NCBI GenBank assembly: GCA_963819985.1 | Contig: CAWFYH010000002.1 | Span: 385,404-449,403, forward strand | From: an uncultured Actinomycetota bacterium | Lineage (GTDB): Bacteria > Actinomycetota > Actinomycetes > DATJPE01 | Direction: 5' to 3' | Length of the DNA: 64,000 nucleotides | Shown: piece by piece, positions 11,038 through 19,612 of the stretch | Layout: every line of letters begins with the position of its first letter | Position numbering within the stretch: position 1 is the stretch's first letter | Notes under the pieces: model-generated | The model's input: the letters and a program-made list of their open reading frames with translations, nothing else | What the model was told of the DNA's origin: nothing | Database searches by the model: none | Translations under genes and position numbers: made by a program

Positions 11038-12144
11038 GTGACCTCGACAGAAGAGCTGCGCCGTTCGCCCCTGGACTCCAGCCACCGGGCACTGCAGGCC
11101 AAGATGGCCGATTTCGGCGGCTGGGAGATGCCGATCGAGTACGCCACGGGTGGCGTCCTCAAGGAACACGCCGCCGTGCGCGAGACCGTCGGCGTGTTCG
11201 ACGTCAGTCACCTCGGGAAGGCCAGAGTCGTGGGGGACGGCGCAGCGGACTTCGTCGATGCCTGCCTCACGAACTCGCTGGCCCGGATCCGTCCTGGGCA
11301 AGCGCAGTACACCCTGTGCTGCGACGAGTCGGGGGGAGTAGTGGACGATCTCATCGCCTATCTCCGTTCGCCGTCTGAGGTGCTGCTGGTCCCCAACGCG
11401 GCCAACAACGCAGACGTCGTGGCCCGATTGACCGCCGCCGCGCCACCCGAGGTGGTTGTCAGTGATGAGCACGAGACCTACGGAGTCATCGCCGTCCAGG
11501 GGCCACGATCCGCCGAAGCGTTGTCCGCGATTGGTCTCCCCACCGACCACGACTACATGAGCTGGGTGGAGGCCGAGTGGGCCGGCGAGCCGGTCGTGGT
11601 CTGTAGAACCGGCTACACCGGAGAGCATGGATACGAGTTGTTGCCCACGTGGTCGTCCACCCCGCGCTTGTGGGAGGCACTGCTCGGCGCCTGCGAAGCC
11701 GTCGGCGGCCGACCCGCGGGGTTAGGCGCCCGCGATACGCTCAGAACGGAGATGGGCTATCCGCTGCACGGGCAGGACCTCAGCAGGAAGATCACACCGG
11801 TGCAGGCGCGCTCGGGCTGGGCGGTCGGTTGGGACAAGCCGACTTTCTGGGGGCGAGCAGCTCTGCTGGCCGAGCGGGCGGCCGGGCCGGAGCGGGTTCT
11901 TCGCGGTCTCGAGGCCCTTGACCGAGGCATCCCACGACCCCACATGCCGGTGACCAAGGATGGTGTTGCGGCGGGTCACGTGACCTCGGGGACCTTTTCG
12001 CCCACTCTTCGCGTCGGAATCGGGCTCGCCCTCCTCACGCCCGATGTGACCGAGGGCGACCAGGTCGAGATCGACGTACGCGGGCGCCCCAGTCGCTTTA
12101 GCGTGGTCCGACCGCCGTTCGTCGACGCAGATCCCAAGCGCTAG
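11038..12144 (+). CDS. gcvT: Glycine cleavage system T protein (aminomethyltransferase)
   Basis: N-terminus [31 protein letters not shown] is the classic GcvT start. Length 368 aa. Confidence 0.9.
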   Translation: MTSTEELRRSPLDSSHRALQAKMADFGGWEMPIEYATGGVLKEHAAVRETVGVFDVSHLGKARVVGDGAADFVDACLTNSLARIRPGQAQYTLCCDESGGVVDDLIAYLRSPSEVLLVPNAANNADVVARLTAAAPPEVVVSDEHETYGVIAVQGPRSAEALSAIGLPTDHDYMSWVEAEWAGEPVVVCRTGYTGEHGYELLPTWSSTPRLWEALLGACEAVGGRPAGLGARDTLRTEMGYPLHGQDLSRKITPVQARSGWAVGWDKPTFWGRAALLAERAAGPERVLRGLEALDRGIPRPHMPVTKDGVAAGHVTSGTFSPTLRVGIGLALLTPDVTEGDQVEIDVRGRPSRFSVVRPPFVDADPKR

Positions 12145-13244
12145 ACCCCGTCACCGTTTCGGATCGCGGCTCGTGGGACCTCAGCCTGCTCGAACGTCGA
12201 CATCTCAGCGAGAGTCACCTGGGCCGCGCGCAAGACTGGTAGGGCCAACAGCGCGCCGGTTCCCTCGCCGAGATGCAGGGAGAAGTCGACGACGGGTGTG
12301 AGCCGGAGCCGTTCGAGTGCGGCCGTCTGCGCGGGTTCGGGTGAGCGATGACCGGCGAGCCACCACAACCGAGTGCGGTGGGCGATCCGCTGCGCGACCA
12401 GGGCGGCCGCGCACGAGACCACGCCGTCGAGCAGCACCGGCGTCCTTCGGATCGCCGCCTGGACGAGGAAGCCGGTCATTCCTGCGATGTCCGCGCCACC
12501 ACAGACAGCCAAGACCTCGATCATGTCCCCGGTAGCCCGACGCCCTCGCCGGGCGCAGTCGCGGACCGCCGCGCACTTCGTCATCCAGGTGTTGTCGTCG
12601 ATGCCGGTGCCGCGACCGACCATCGAGGCCACGTCCGACCCGGTGAGGACTGCGGTCAGCGCTGCCGCGGCGGTCGTGTTGCCGATGCCCATGTCACCCG
12701 GGATCAACAGATCGGCTCCCGCGTCGACCTCCTCGTCGGCGATTCGCTGCCCGGCGACGAATGCCGCCGTGGCCTCCTCAGACGTCAAAGCCGGTCCGAT
12801 CGCCAGGTCAGCCGAGGATCGCCGGATCTTGTGCTCCGTCACCGACGCCGGGACCGCCGCGTCGACGGCTTCCCAGTCGATGTCGACGGCGAGGTCGACG
12901 ACCCTCACCTTCACGTCGTTCAGCCGGGCGAGCGCGTTCACCGCGGCGCCACCGGCCAGGAAGTTGCGGACCATCGAAGCCGTGACCTCGGGGGGATAGG
13001 CGCTCACCCCTGACCGGGCCACCCCGTGGTCACCGGCGAAGATCACCACCGTCACTCGATCCAACGGCCGCGGTGGACAACTGTCCTGCACGGACGACAG
13101 CCAGACGGACAGTTCCTCCAAGCGGCCAAGCGAGCCGGCAGGTTTGGTGAGCTCGCCCTGACGCTCCTGGGCTTGCTGCGCAGCGTCGGCCGAGGGCGAG
13201 CCGACCGCGGCATCGAGCGCCGGCAGGTCGATGGAGTGACTCAT
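12141..13244 (-). CDS. cobT: Nicotinate-nucleotide--dimethylbenzimidazole phosphoribosyltransferase
   Basis: Motifs [21 protein letters not shown] and [10 protein letters not shown] are characteristic of CobT. Last gene of, or immediately after, the B12-regulated operon. Confidence 0.85.
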   Translation of the reverse strand: MSHSIDLPALDAAVGSPSADAAQQAQERQGELTKPAGSLGRLEELSVWLSSVQDSCPPRPLDRVTVVIFAGDHGVARSGVSAYPPEVTASMVRNFLAGGAAVNALARLNDVKVRVVDLAVDIDWEAVDAAVPASVTEHKIRRSSADLAIGPALTSEEATAAFVAGQRIADEEVDAGADLLIPGDMGIGNTTAAAALTAVLTGSDVASMVGRGTGIDDNTWMTKCAAVRDCARRGRRATGDMIEVLAVCGGADIAGMTGFLVQAAIRRTPVLLDGVVSCAAALVAQRIAHRTRLWWLAGHRSPEPAQTAALERLRLTPVVDFSLHLGEGTGALLALPVLRAAQVTLAEMSTFEQAEVPRAAIRNGDGV

Positions 13245-13422
13245 GACGCGGGCGCCTGGTCGATTGAGCTGACGGCACGGCGAGTCATCGGCACCGAACC
13301 TCTGAGCGGGATCGACCGACCTGTCACCGTCGGCACGACAGCCACGGCGCCTGGACCGACCTCGTTGGACACGGGCACCACAGTCGCACGTGTCGTGCGC
13401 ACCGCAAGCAGCAACCCGTGCA

Positions 13423-14253
13423 TCAGCCAGGCACCCGTGCGTGGACTTCTTGGGGAGGCTGGAACACGATGGGCGCCTCGAAGGCGGCTCGTCGCGAAGC
13501 GCGACGCAGGGTACGCAGCAGGGGGGCGCCGAGGGCGATCACCAGGATGAAGGTGCCCGCTGCTCGGGCCACGTCGAAACCCAGCGAGGTGGCCACGCAG
13601 AACGCGAGGAACCGAGCCAGGTTCTCCGTGACCGGGTCACCCGGCACGAACGCAAGCCCGGAGGACAGCCCCCCCGTGAACGGCCAGAACCACAAGTTGA
13701 GCAGGAAGCCGTACGCGATTGCTGCCGCGGCGCCATAGGTCGCGACCAGCATGAGCTCAACGCGGCCGCGGGCCGGCGGCAAGCAGCCCGCGCCAAACCC
13801 GACCCATGCGGCACCGAGCATCTGGAACGGCAGCCACGGCCCGACGCCTCCCGTCAGCAGCGCCGACGCGAACAGGGTGACGGCGCCGAGCAGGAAGCCG
13901 AAGCCGCGCCCGAGGACGCGTCCGCCGAGGATGACGAGCAGAAGGACAGGGGAGAACCCCGTGATTCCGCCACCGAAGGGCCGCAGGGCTGCGCCGACGG
14001 CGGCCAGGACGCCGAGCAAGGCCACGGCCTTGGCGTCGAGCCCGCCCTCGGAGATCTCGGCGAGGAGGACGCCGAGCAAGAGGGGGAGCAGAACCGCGAA
14101 GACGAGCGGGGCGTCGCCTGAGTGGGCGAGGTCGGAGCCCGGATCGGCCAGCAACGGCCAACCGAAGGCGATGACCCCAACCGTCGTCACGAGCGCGAGG
14201 GCAGCTGCAGATCGGGGGCGAAGGCGCAGCGCCCGACCGGCGCGGCTGGTCAT
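13423..14253 (-). CDS. ECF transporter substrate-specific (S) component, multi-TM; candidate cobalamin/corrinoid-specific (CbrT-like)
   Basis: Hydrophobic protein with six to seven predicted TM helices and no ATPase motifs. It follows the A and T components with 4-nt overlaps. The operon is under a cobalamin riboswitch. Confidence 0.65.
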   Translation of the reverse strand: MTSRAGRALRLRPRSAAALALVTTVGVIAFGWPLLADPGSDLAHSGDAPLVFAVLLPLLLGVLLAEISEGGLDAKAVALLGVLAAVGAALRPFGGGITGFSPVLLLVILGGRVLGRGFGFLLGAVTLFASALLTGGVGPWLPFQMLGAAWVGFGAGCLPPARGRVELMLVATYGAAAAIAYGFLLNLWFWPFTGGLSSGLAFVPGDPVTENLARFLAFCVATSLGFDVARAAGTFILVIALGAPLLRTLRRASRRAAFEAPIVFQPPQEVHARVPG

Positions 14254-15866
14254 CCCGCCTCCGGCAGAACCGCCGCGACGTCGGCCACCGTGAGCCAGGG
14301 CTGCGGCGCCAGGATCTTGGCTGTCTGAGGCGCAAAGGCAGGCGAGGAGATCACGATGTCCGCAGTGACGCCATCAGCCACCACCTCACCATCGGCGAGC
14401 ACCACAACTCGGTCAGCCGCCTCCGCCACGAGCTCGACGTCGTGGGTGGCTACCACCACGGCGGTGCCGCTCGCCGCCCGCGCGCGCAAGACCTCGACCA
14501 GCCGCCGCTTGGTCGGGTAGTCGAGACCACGCGTGGGTTCGTCCAGGAGCAGGACGGAGGGATCGGCCGCAAGAACCACAGCGAGAACCAGGGCTAGGCG
14601 TTGTCCCTCAGACAGGTCTCTGGGGTGAGTGGCCGGGTCGATGCCCGGCACAAAGGACTCGAACAGAGCCGCAGTTGTCCCGGGGGCAGCGCCGGAGTCG
14701 CCGTCGGCCGCCGCGCACTCGCGCGTCACGGTCTCGGCGAACAGCAGGTCGGCCGCCTCCTGAGGCACCAGGCCTGCTCGCTTCAGCAGGTGTCGTGGGC
14801 TGAGGTCAGCGGGGGCGTCGCCGCCCATGATCACCTGGCCGTCGTCGGGCCGCCGCAATCCCACCATCGCGCCGAGCAGGGTCGACTTGCCCGCGCCGTT
14901 GCGGCCCATGACTGCGACTACCTCGCCCGCCGCCATCGTGAGGTTCACCCTGCGCAAAGCTGTGGTGGACCCGTGCCGGATCGTCACGTCCCTCAGCTCC
15001 ACGCGCACCTCGCTCGCAGCACCCATAGGCCGCCCGCGCGGAGTCGGAGGTAGGAGCCCGAGGCTTTCGCGTAAGGGTCCCGCCATCCGCCGGGCATCTC
15101 GAACCGACAGCGGCAGCGGCCGCCAGCCGGCCAACCGGCCGAGCTCGACGACCGGAGGGACCACCGGGGACGCCGAGAGGATCGTTGCCGGATCACCGGC
15201 CACGAGGCCGCCGTCTCCGGTCAAGCGCACCACCCGGTCGGCGTACTGGACCACTCGCTCCAGCCGGTGCTCGGCTACCACCACGGTTAGTCCTAGGTCG
15301 TGCACCAACCGGTGCAGGGCACCGAGTACGTCGTCGGCGGCTCCGGGGTCAAGGGCCGACGTGGGTTCGTCGAGCACCAGGATGTGCGGGTGGGCCGTGA
15401 GGACCGACCCGATGGCTACCCGTTGGCGCTCGCCCCCCGAAAGCGTTCGCAGCGGGCGATGACGCAGCTGGGCTAGACCGAGGAGGTCCAGAGTCTCTTC
15501 CACCCGCTTGCGCATGACGTTGGCCGGTAGCCCCAAAGACTCCATTCCGTAGGCGAGCTCGTCCTCGACCAGGTCGGTGACGAACCCTGCCAACGGGTCT
15601 TGGCCCACCACACCGACGACGTCAGCCAAGTCGCGTGGTCGGTGGGTGCGGGTGTCGCGGCCCCCGACCGTCACCCGCCCGCCGAGCGTGCCTCCGGTGA
15701 AGTGGGGCACGTGCCCGTTCATGGCGCCCAGCAGCGTCGACTTGCCTGAGCCCGTACGTCCTACGACCAGGCAGAGCTCACCTTCATTCACGTGGAGGTC
15801 GATGTCGCCCAGGATGGGGTGCGCGGTGTCGGGGTAGGTGACACTGACCGACTGGAAGTCGATCAT
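14250..15866 (-). CDS. ECF transporter duplicated ATPase (two ABC ATP-binding domains fused; CbrU-like EcfA1-EcfA2)
   Basis: Two Walker A motifs GRTGSGKSTLL and GRNGAGKSTLL, two LSGG-type signatures (LSGGERQRV, LSEGQRLAL) and two Walker B motifs (LVLDEPTS, LLLDEPTR). Confidence 0.9.
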   Translation of the reverse strand: MIDFQSVSVTYPDTAHPILGDIDLHVNEGELCLVVGRTGSGKSTLLGAMNGHVPHFTGGTLGGRVTVGGRDTRTHRPRDLADVVGVVGQDPLAGFVTDLVEDELAYGMESLGLPANVMRKRVEETLDLLGLAQLRHRPLRTLSGGERQRVAIGSVLTAHPHILVLDEPTSALDPGAADDVLGALHRLVHDLGLTVVVAEHRLERVVQYADRVVRLTGDGGLVAGDPATILSASPVVPPVVELGRLAGWRPLPLSVRDARRMAGPLRESLGLLPPTPRGRPMGAASEVRVELRDVTIRHGSTTALRRVNLTMAAGEVVAVMGRNGAGKSTLLGAMVGLRRPDDGQVIMGGDAPADLSPRHLLKRAGLVPQEAADLLFAETVTRECAAADGDSGAAPGTTAALFESFVPGIDPATHPRDLSEGQRLALVLAVVLAADPSVLLLDEPTRGLDYPTKRRLVEVLRARAASGTAVVVATHDVELVAEAADRVVVLADGEVVADGVTADIVISSPAFAPQTAKILAPQPWLTVADVAAVLPEAG

Positions 15867-17005
15867 GCCGCCACCTCGTGCTCGAGGTCGCGGCCGCTGT
15901 CCTTCGAGGCGACCATTGCCGGCCCTGGACGCGCTTCCTGGGGCGGCGTGGTCCAGGTGGGCAGCAGTCCGACCAGGATCGCGAGGGCCGGGAGAAGCGG
16001 CACGACCGGCCAGGCCAACGGGCTGGACGGGATGAGCAGACCGGGCACGTCCTTAGCCGCCGCCAGGATCAGCACGATGGCCGGTACGGCGCCGGACGCG
16101 ACGGTCGACCACTCCGGCCACAGCCACGGGTCGGGCCGGTAGCGCGTGCGGATGCTGCGACGACTCGCGAGCCCAAACCCGACCGTGGCCAGGATCGCAC
16201 CGACCAGCACTGCGCCGAGGCCGAGGCCAGACGGGCTGTCCGCATCGAGCAGGCCGTACAACCCGAGGACCATCCCCAAGAGTCCGCCAAGAACGAGGGT
16301 CGCGGTGACCCGCCGAGAGCGTGTCGACACCTCGGCTCGTCGACCGTAGCCGCGCGCATCCATCGACGCCGCCAGCCGGAGGGAGCGCTGCAGGGCACCT
16401 TCCAGGGCGGGGAGGGCCACGGCCCCGAGCCCGGCGAGCCCGTGGTCAGAGCGGCCGCGCAGACGCCGGGCCTGTCGCAGCCGCTGCACGTCTTCGACGG
16501 CCTGCGGGGCCAGGGTCAAGGCCACGATCACGGAGACGCCGACCTCGTAGAGAGCTCCTGGCACGGCCTTGAGCAGCCGGCTCGGGTTGGCCAGAGCGTT
16601 GGCGGCGCCAACGCAGGCGATCATCGCGGCGATCTGGCAACCGTCGCGAAGAGCAGAGGCCAGACCCTCCAGAGTTATCGGACCGCCCACGTCGACGCCT
16701 GCTGCCCAACCAGGGAGGGGCAGTTGCGGCAAGTCGACCAGCACCGTCGGCCCCGCGTCGGCCCCGAACACCACCTCGAAGGCCATGCGTACGGCGATGA
16801 CGATTGCGCCCAGCACCAACGCAGCTCGGAAGGCGCGTGCCCACGGGGCGCTGGTCCGCCGGGCCGCGACCACGTAACCCGCGACGACCACCAGCAGCGC
16901 TAGCAACACCAGGTTGTTGGTCGAGCTCGCCGCAGCAGCCAGCCCCAAGGCCCACAGCCACCAGGCCCCGGGATGCAGCGCGCGAGCGCCTGCCGACGTT
17001 CTCAT
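15863..17005 (-). CDS. ECF transporter transmembrane (T) component (CbiQ/EcfT family)
   Basis: ORF 15863..17515 trimmed to an internal ATG at 17005 (MRTSAGARALHPGAWWLWALGLAAAAS...). Upstream of that the frame is Arg-rich nonsense. Multi-TM protein with an EcfT-like ARG-containing loop. The start overlaps the upstream gene stop (ATGA). Confidence 0.75.
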   Translation of the reverse strand: MRTSAGARALHPGAWWLWALGLAAAASSTNNLVLLALLVVVAGYVVAARRTSAPWARAFRAALVLGAIVIAVRMAFEVVFGADAGPTVLVDLPQLPLPGWAAGVDVGGPITLEGLASALRDGCQIAAMIACVGAANALANPSRLLKAVPGALYEVGVSVIVALTLAPQAVEDVQRLRQARRLRGRSDHGLAGLGAVALPALEGALQRSLRLAASMDARGYGRRAEVSTRSRRVTATLVLGGLLGMVLGLYGLLDADSPSGLGLGAVLVGAILATVGFGLASRRSIRTRYRPDPWLWPEWSTVASGAVPAIVLILAAAKDVPGLLIPSSPLAWPVVPLLPALAILVGLLPTWTTPPQEARPGPAMVASKDSGRDLEHEVAA

Positions 17006-17910
17006 GCGGCATCCCGTGGGGCTGCTGAGCGGAAACGCAGCGCGGCGGCCGCGCCGACGAGGAGCACGAGGACACCCCCCAGCAGGACCCCGAGTGGCGT
17101 TCCCGACGACGACCCGCCGGCAGGAGGCGGGGCGGCTCCGACAGCGAGCGCCGGGCCGCTGGAGTCCGGACCAGCGCTGGCCGTCGCTGGGCCGTCGGTG
17201 GCCGAAGGTGATGGTGTAGGCGTAGCAGCCATCTTGGTAGATCGGGCTTTCGAGCCGGTTCCTTCGGTGCTCGGCGAGGTGCGGGAGGCGGTCGGGCTCT
17301 TCATGGTCGAGGAGGATGTTGGTGCCGGTGACTTGGTCGGCCCGCTCTTCGTAGGCGCCGGTTTCGGTGTCGGGCTGGAGGCCTTGACCACGACGCCGCA
17401 CTCGTCCGCGGGGTAGCCCGACAACCCGCAGACCAGACCGCTGCTGAGGCGTGGCTGGTAGCCGGCCGTGGTCAGTGCGGTGAGGCCCCTGCTGCCGTCG
17501 GGTACTACCGCGCACGTGCCTCGTACACCTCCCGGAGGCGACTCTCCGGGCGGGGAGTCAGCTGCCGTGCCGTAGTCGACGACGACGGCCACGCGATCCT
17601 TGCCCGCCGGTCGGGGGGTCTTCCCGCAGATGGTGTTGAACGCGTTTCCCACGGACACCCTCGGCTGGGGAGCCTGCGGGTTCGGCGCAGCAACGACGAA
17701 GCGCCAACCTTCGACGCTCCCGTCGTCTACGGAGTGTCCAGCAGGTCCTAGAGGCCCGTAGGTCCAGGCCGCCTCGGACGGGTTGGCATACCAATAGCTC
17801 CAGTAGCGAAAGCCCGACGCCGCTTCCGCTGGGGCAGCCGCAATCACCATCCCGGCGACGGCGAGCGTGGAAGCGACGATGGTTGCGACGGCCGCCCGGC
17901 GGGCGTTCAC
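17002..17910 (-). CDS. Secreted Cys-containing protein with S/T/P-rich stalk and C-terminal TM anchor, function unknown (first of two surface proteins in the B12-riboswitch operon)
   Basis: GTG start at 17910 gives the signal peptide VNARRAAVATIVASTLAVAGMVIAAAPAEAAS. The mature domain (about 150 aa) has 4 Cys and the motif GFRYWSYWYA. It is followed by a PT/S-rich linker and a hydrophobic C-terminal segment LGVLLGGVLVLLVGAAAAL plus a basic tail. Confidence 0.6.
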   Translation of the reverse strand: MNARRAAVATIVASTLAVAGMVIAAAPAEAASGFRYWSYWYANPSEAAWTYGPLGPAGHSVDDGSVEGWRFVVAAPNPQAPQPRVSVGNAFNTICGKTPRPAGKDRVAVVVDYGTAADSPPGESPPGGVRGTCAVVPDGSRGLTALTTAGYQPRLSSGLVCGLSGYPADECGVVVKASSPTPKPAPTKSGPTKSPAPTSSSTMKSPTASRTSPSTEGTGSKARSTKMAATPTPSPSATDGPATASAGPDSSGPALAVGAAPPPAGGSSSGTPLGVLLGGVLVLLVGAAAALRFRSAAPRDAA

Positions 17911-19247
17911 GCCCCAGTCGCCTCCCCGTTGTGGCGTCGGCGGGTAGCAGCGATGAGCACCGCCCCTGATCCAACGAGTGCGATGCCACCCAGGATGACC
18001 AGCGGATTGGTTGCTCCGGTATCGGGCAGCCCCGGATCGCTGCTTCTCTCCGCTGGTGCCGGGGACGTGCTCGTGGTCGGCTTCGGTGTCGGTTGGGCCG
18101 CCGGAGTCGTCATGGTGGCGGCGATGCGTGCGGAAAAGTCTGAGACGTCCTTGCCGAGGGTCGCCCCGGCAACCGCCGCTAGCCCGAGAGCTCCAGGGCT
18201 CTCCTTGGACTGCGCGGCCGACGCTGATCTGCCTGACGAGCGCTGGGTCGAAAACTTGCTTGCCGGTGCCGGACCAAGATCGCTGACCATCGTGGCGTAC
18301 AACGACTCCGCTGCAACGTGACCGGTCCGCGTCGCGGCGAAGCTGAGCACGGCCCACCCCGAGTTTCCGCCGCTCACCGCGTTAGCGGTGACCTGAGTCT
18401 CGAGCCAAGCCGAGCCCCATCCCGCGACGGTGTCCGCAGCTGAGTTGTCGACCGGACAGGTGAAAGCGGGCACCTCGTCGGCCCAGGAGGCAGTAGCAGC
18501 GGGGCCGTCAGCCAAGCTGAGGCCGGCCACTCCCGGGACCGCCTGGACGGTCGAGAGCAGGTCGGGCGCGCCGCCCGAGTACGGCGAAGCGATACCGCCC
18601 TGGTCCTTGCCCGCACCGGAGCAGTCCACCTGAAAGCTGGCGACGTAGTCCACCGCATCCGGGTCGACAGCGGCGCCGTCGGTGCTGCGGGCCATCAGGA
18701 CGAGCCCTGTGGAATTAAGGTCGGAGTCACCACCAGGGATGTACGGCCAGCCGCCGTCCTTGTTGCGTGCATCGGTGAGGAAGCCGAGCGCGGACTCAGC
18801 CTCGGCCTTGTGACCGACGGCGGCGAGGGCCTGCGAAGCGAGCGCTGCGCTGTTGGTGTCCTCGCCGGAGAAATTCACCGGATCCGCTGCGACACATGAA
18901 CCGCTCGGATCCGGATTGAAGGCCATGAAGCCACCGTCGGAGCACTGCTGGTCCAGCAGCCACCGCACCGCGTCATCGGCGGGCCGGTCTCCCGCAGCCA
19001 CGATGCCGAGGATGCCCAGCGACTGCCGGAACACTCCGTCGTAGCTCGGGTCGGCGGTCCCGTACAGACCGACGAGAGCCGGATCGACCTTGGGGGCGGC
19101 CGTCGCGCTGGTGGCCAAGAGCGGCAAGCCGAGCAGGACGGCCGCGAACGCAACTCCCACCGCGGAGGTCCGGCGCACGCGTCGGCTCGGAGCCGCGGAG
19201 CTGCGGTTGAGTTGGTTGAGCTGGTTGAGCTGGTTGAGCTCAGACAC
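17907..19247 (-). CDS. Sortase-anchored (LPDTG) surface protein with prenyltransferase/squalene-oxidase-type alpha/alpha-toroid repeats
   Basis: GTG at 19247 gives VSELNQLNQLNQLNRSSAAPSRRVRRTSAVGVAFAAVLLGLPLLATSATA (signal peptide). The body contains repeated GG(W/F) and QxxDGG(W/F) motifs (QQCSDGGFMAF, NKDGGWPYIPGG) typical of terpenoid-cyclase/prenyltransferase beta-subunit repeats. The C-terminus is LPDTGATNPLVILGGIALVGSGAVLIAATRRRHNGE, a sortase sorting signal. Confidence 0.75.
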   Translation of the reverse strand: MSELNQLNQLNQLNRSSAAPSRRVRRTSAVGVAFAAVLLGLPLLATSATAAPKVDPALVGLYGTADPSYDGVFRQSLGILGIVAAGDRPADDAVRWLLDQQCSDGGFMAFNPDPSGSCVAADPVNFSGEDTNSAALASQALAAVGHKAEAESALGFLTDARNKDGGWPYIPGGDSDLNSTGLVLMARSTDGAAVDPDAVDYVASFQVDCSGAGKDQGGIASPYSGGAPDLLSTVQAVPGVAGLSLADGPAATASWADEVPAFTCPVDNSAADTVAGWGSAWLETQVTANAVSGGNSGWAVLSFAATRTGHVAAESLYATMVSDLGPAPASKFSTQRSSGRSASAAQSKESPGALGLAAVAGATLGKDVSDFSARIAATMTTPAAQPTPKPTTSTSPAPAERSSDPGLPDTGATNPLVILGGIALVGSGAVLIAATRRRHNGEATGA

Positions 19248-19349
19248 TGGTGTGCCTCTCGAGAGCGGTCCAAGGCCTCGCCCGGGAACCCACTCGTGAC
19301 AGCGCCCCCGTCTCGCCGACCGAAGGTCAGACGATGGACAAGGGCGCGG

Positions 19350-19560
19350 ACTCGGGTCTGGGTGACCCGGGCTCCGCCCCGTAGACCTCGACGGTTTAAG
19401 GGAGCCGCTCGCGCCTGCCCAGGTATCCCGGCTCGTCGTCACCCGCGAAGGTGGCGACCTACGGTTGCGGGTCAGCGCCGGAATTCGACCGGACTTCCCC
19501 TGGGCCTGCACGTGTTCAGTTGTGGGCTGACCGTCTCACCTTCGGAGCAGGCGTGTCAAA
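19350..19560 (-). promoter_or_regulatory. Cobalamin (AdoCbl/B12) riboswitch in the 5' leader of the ECF/surface-protein operon
   Basis: The minus strand reads ...GGTGAGACGGTCAGCC...CAGGGGAAGTCCGGTCGAATTCCGGCGCTGACCCGCAACCGTAGG...GACGAGCCGGGATACCTGGGCAGG. This matches the conserved cobalamin riboswitch core (GGGAAgYCGGTGnnAATCCGGCGCnGnCCCGCnACnGT) and a B12-box-like AGCCGGGATACCTGGGC. It is followed by a GC-rich hairpin before the GTG at 19247. Confidence 0.85.
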
Positions 19561-19612
19561 GAACGTCGAGCGGGCCGTGAAACTCGCGCAGGGCTAGGTT
19601 GAGTCAGGTGTT

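Noticed and set aside
15863-17515. Full 550-aa ORF for the ECF T component
   Set aside because: The first about 170 codons are Arg-rich nonsense overlapping the upstream gene. An internal ATG at 17005 gives a normal EcfT and a 4-nt overlap with the upstream stop.
17907-19511. Upstream ATG start (534 aa) for the LPDTG protein
   Set aside because: The extra 88 residues are R/S/P-rich and would overlap the riboswitch expression platform. The GTG at 19247 gives a canonical signal peptide.
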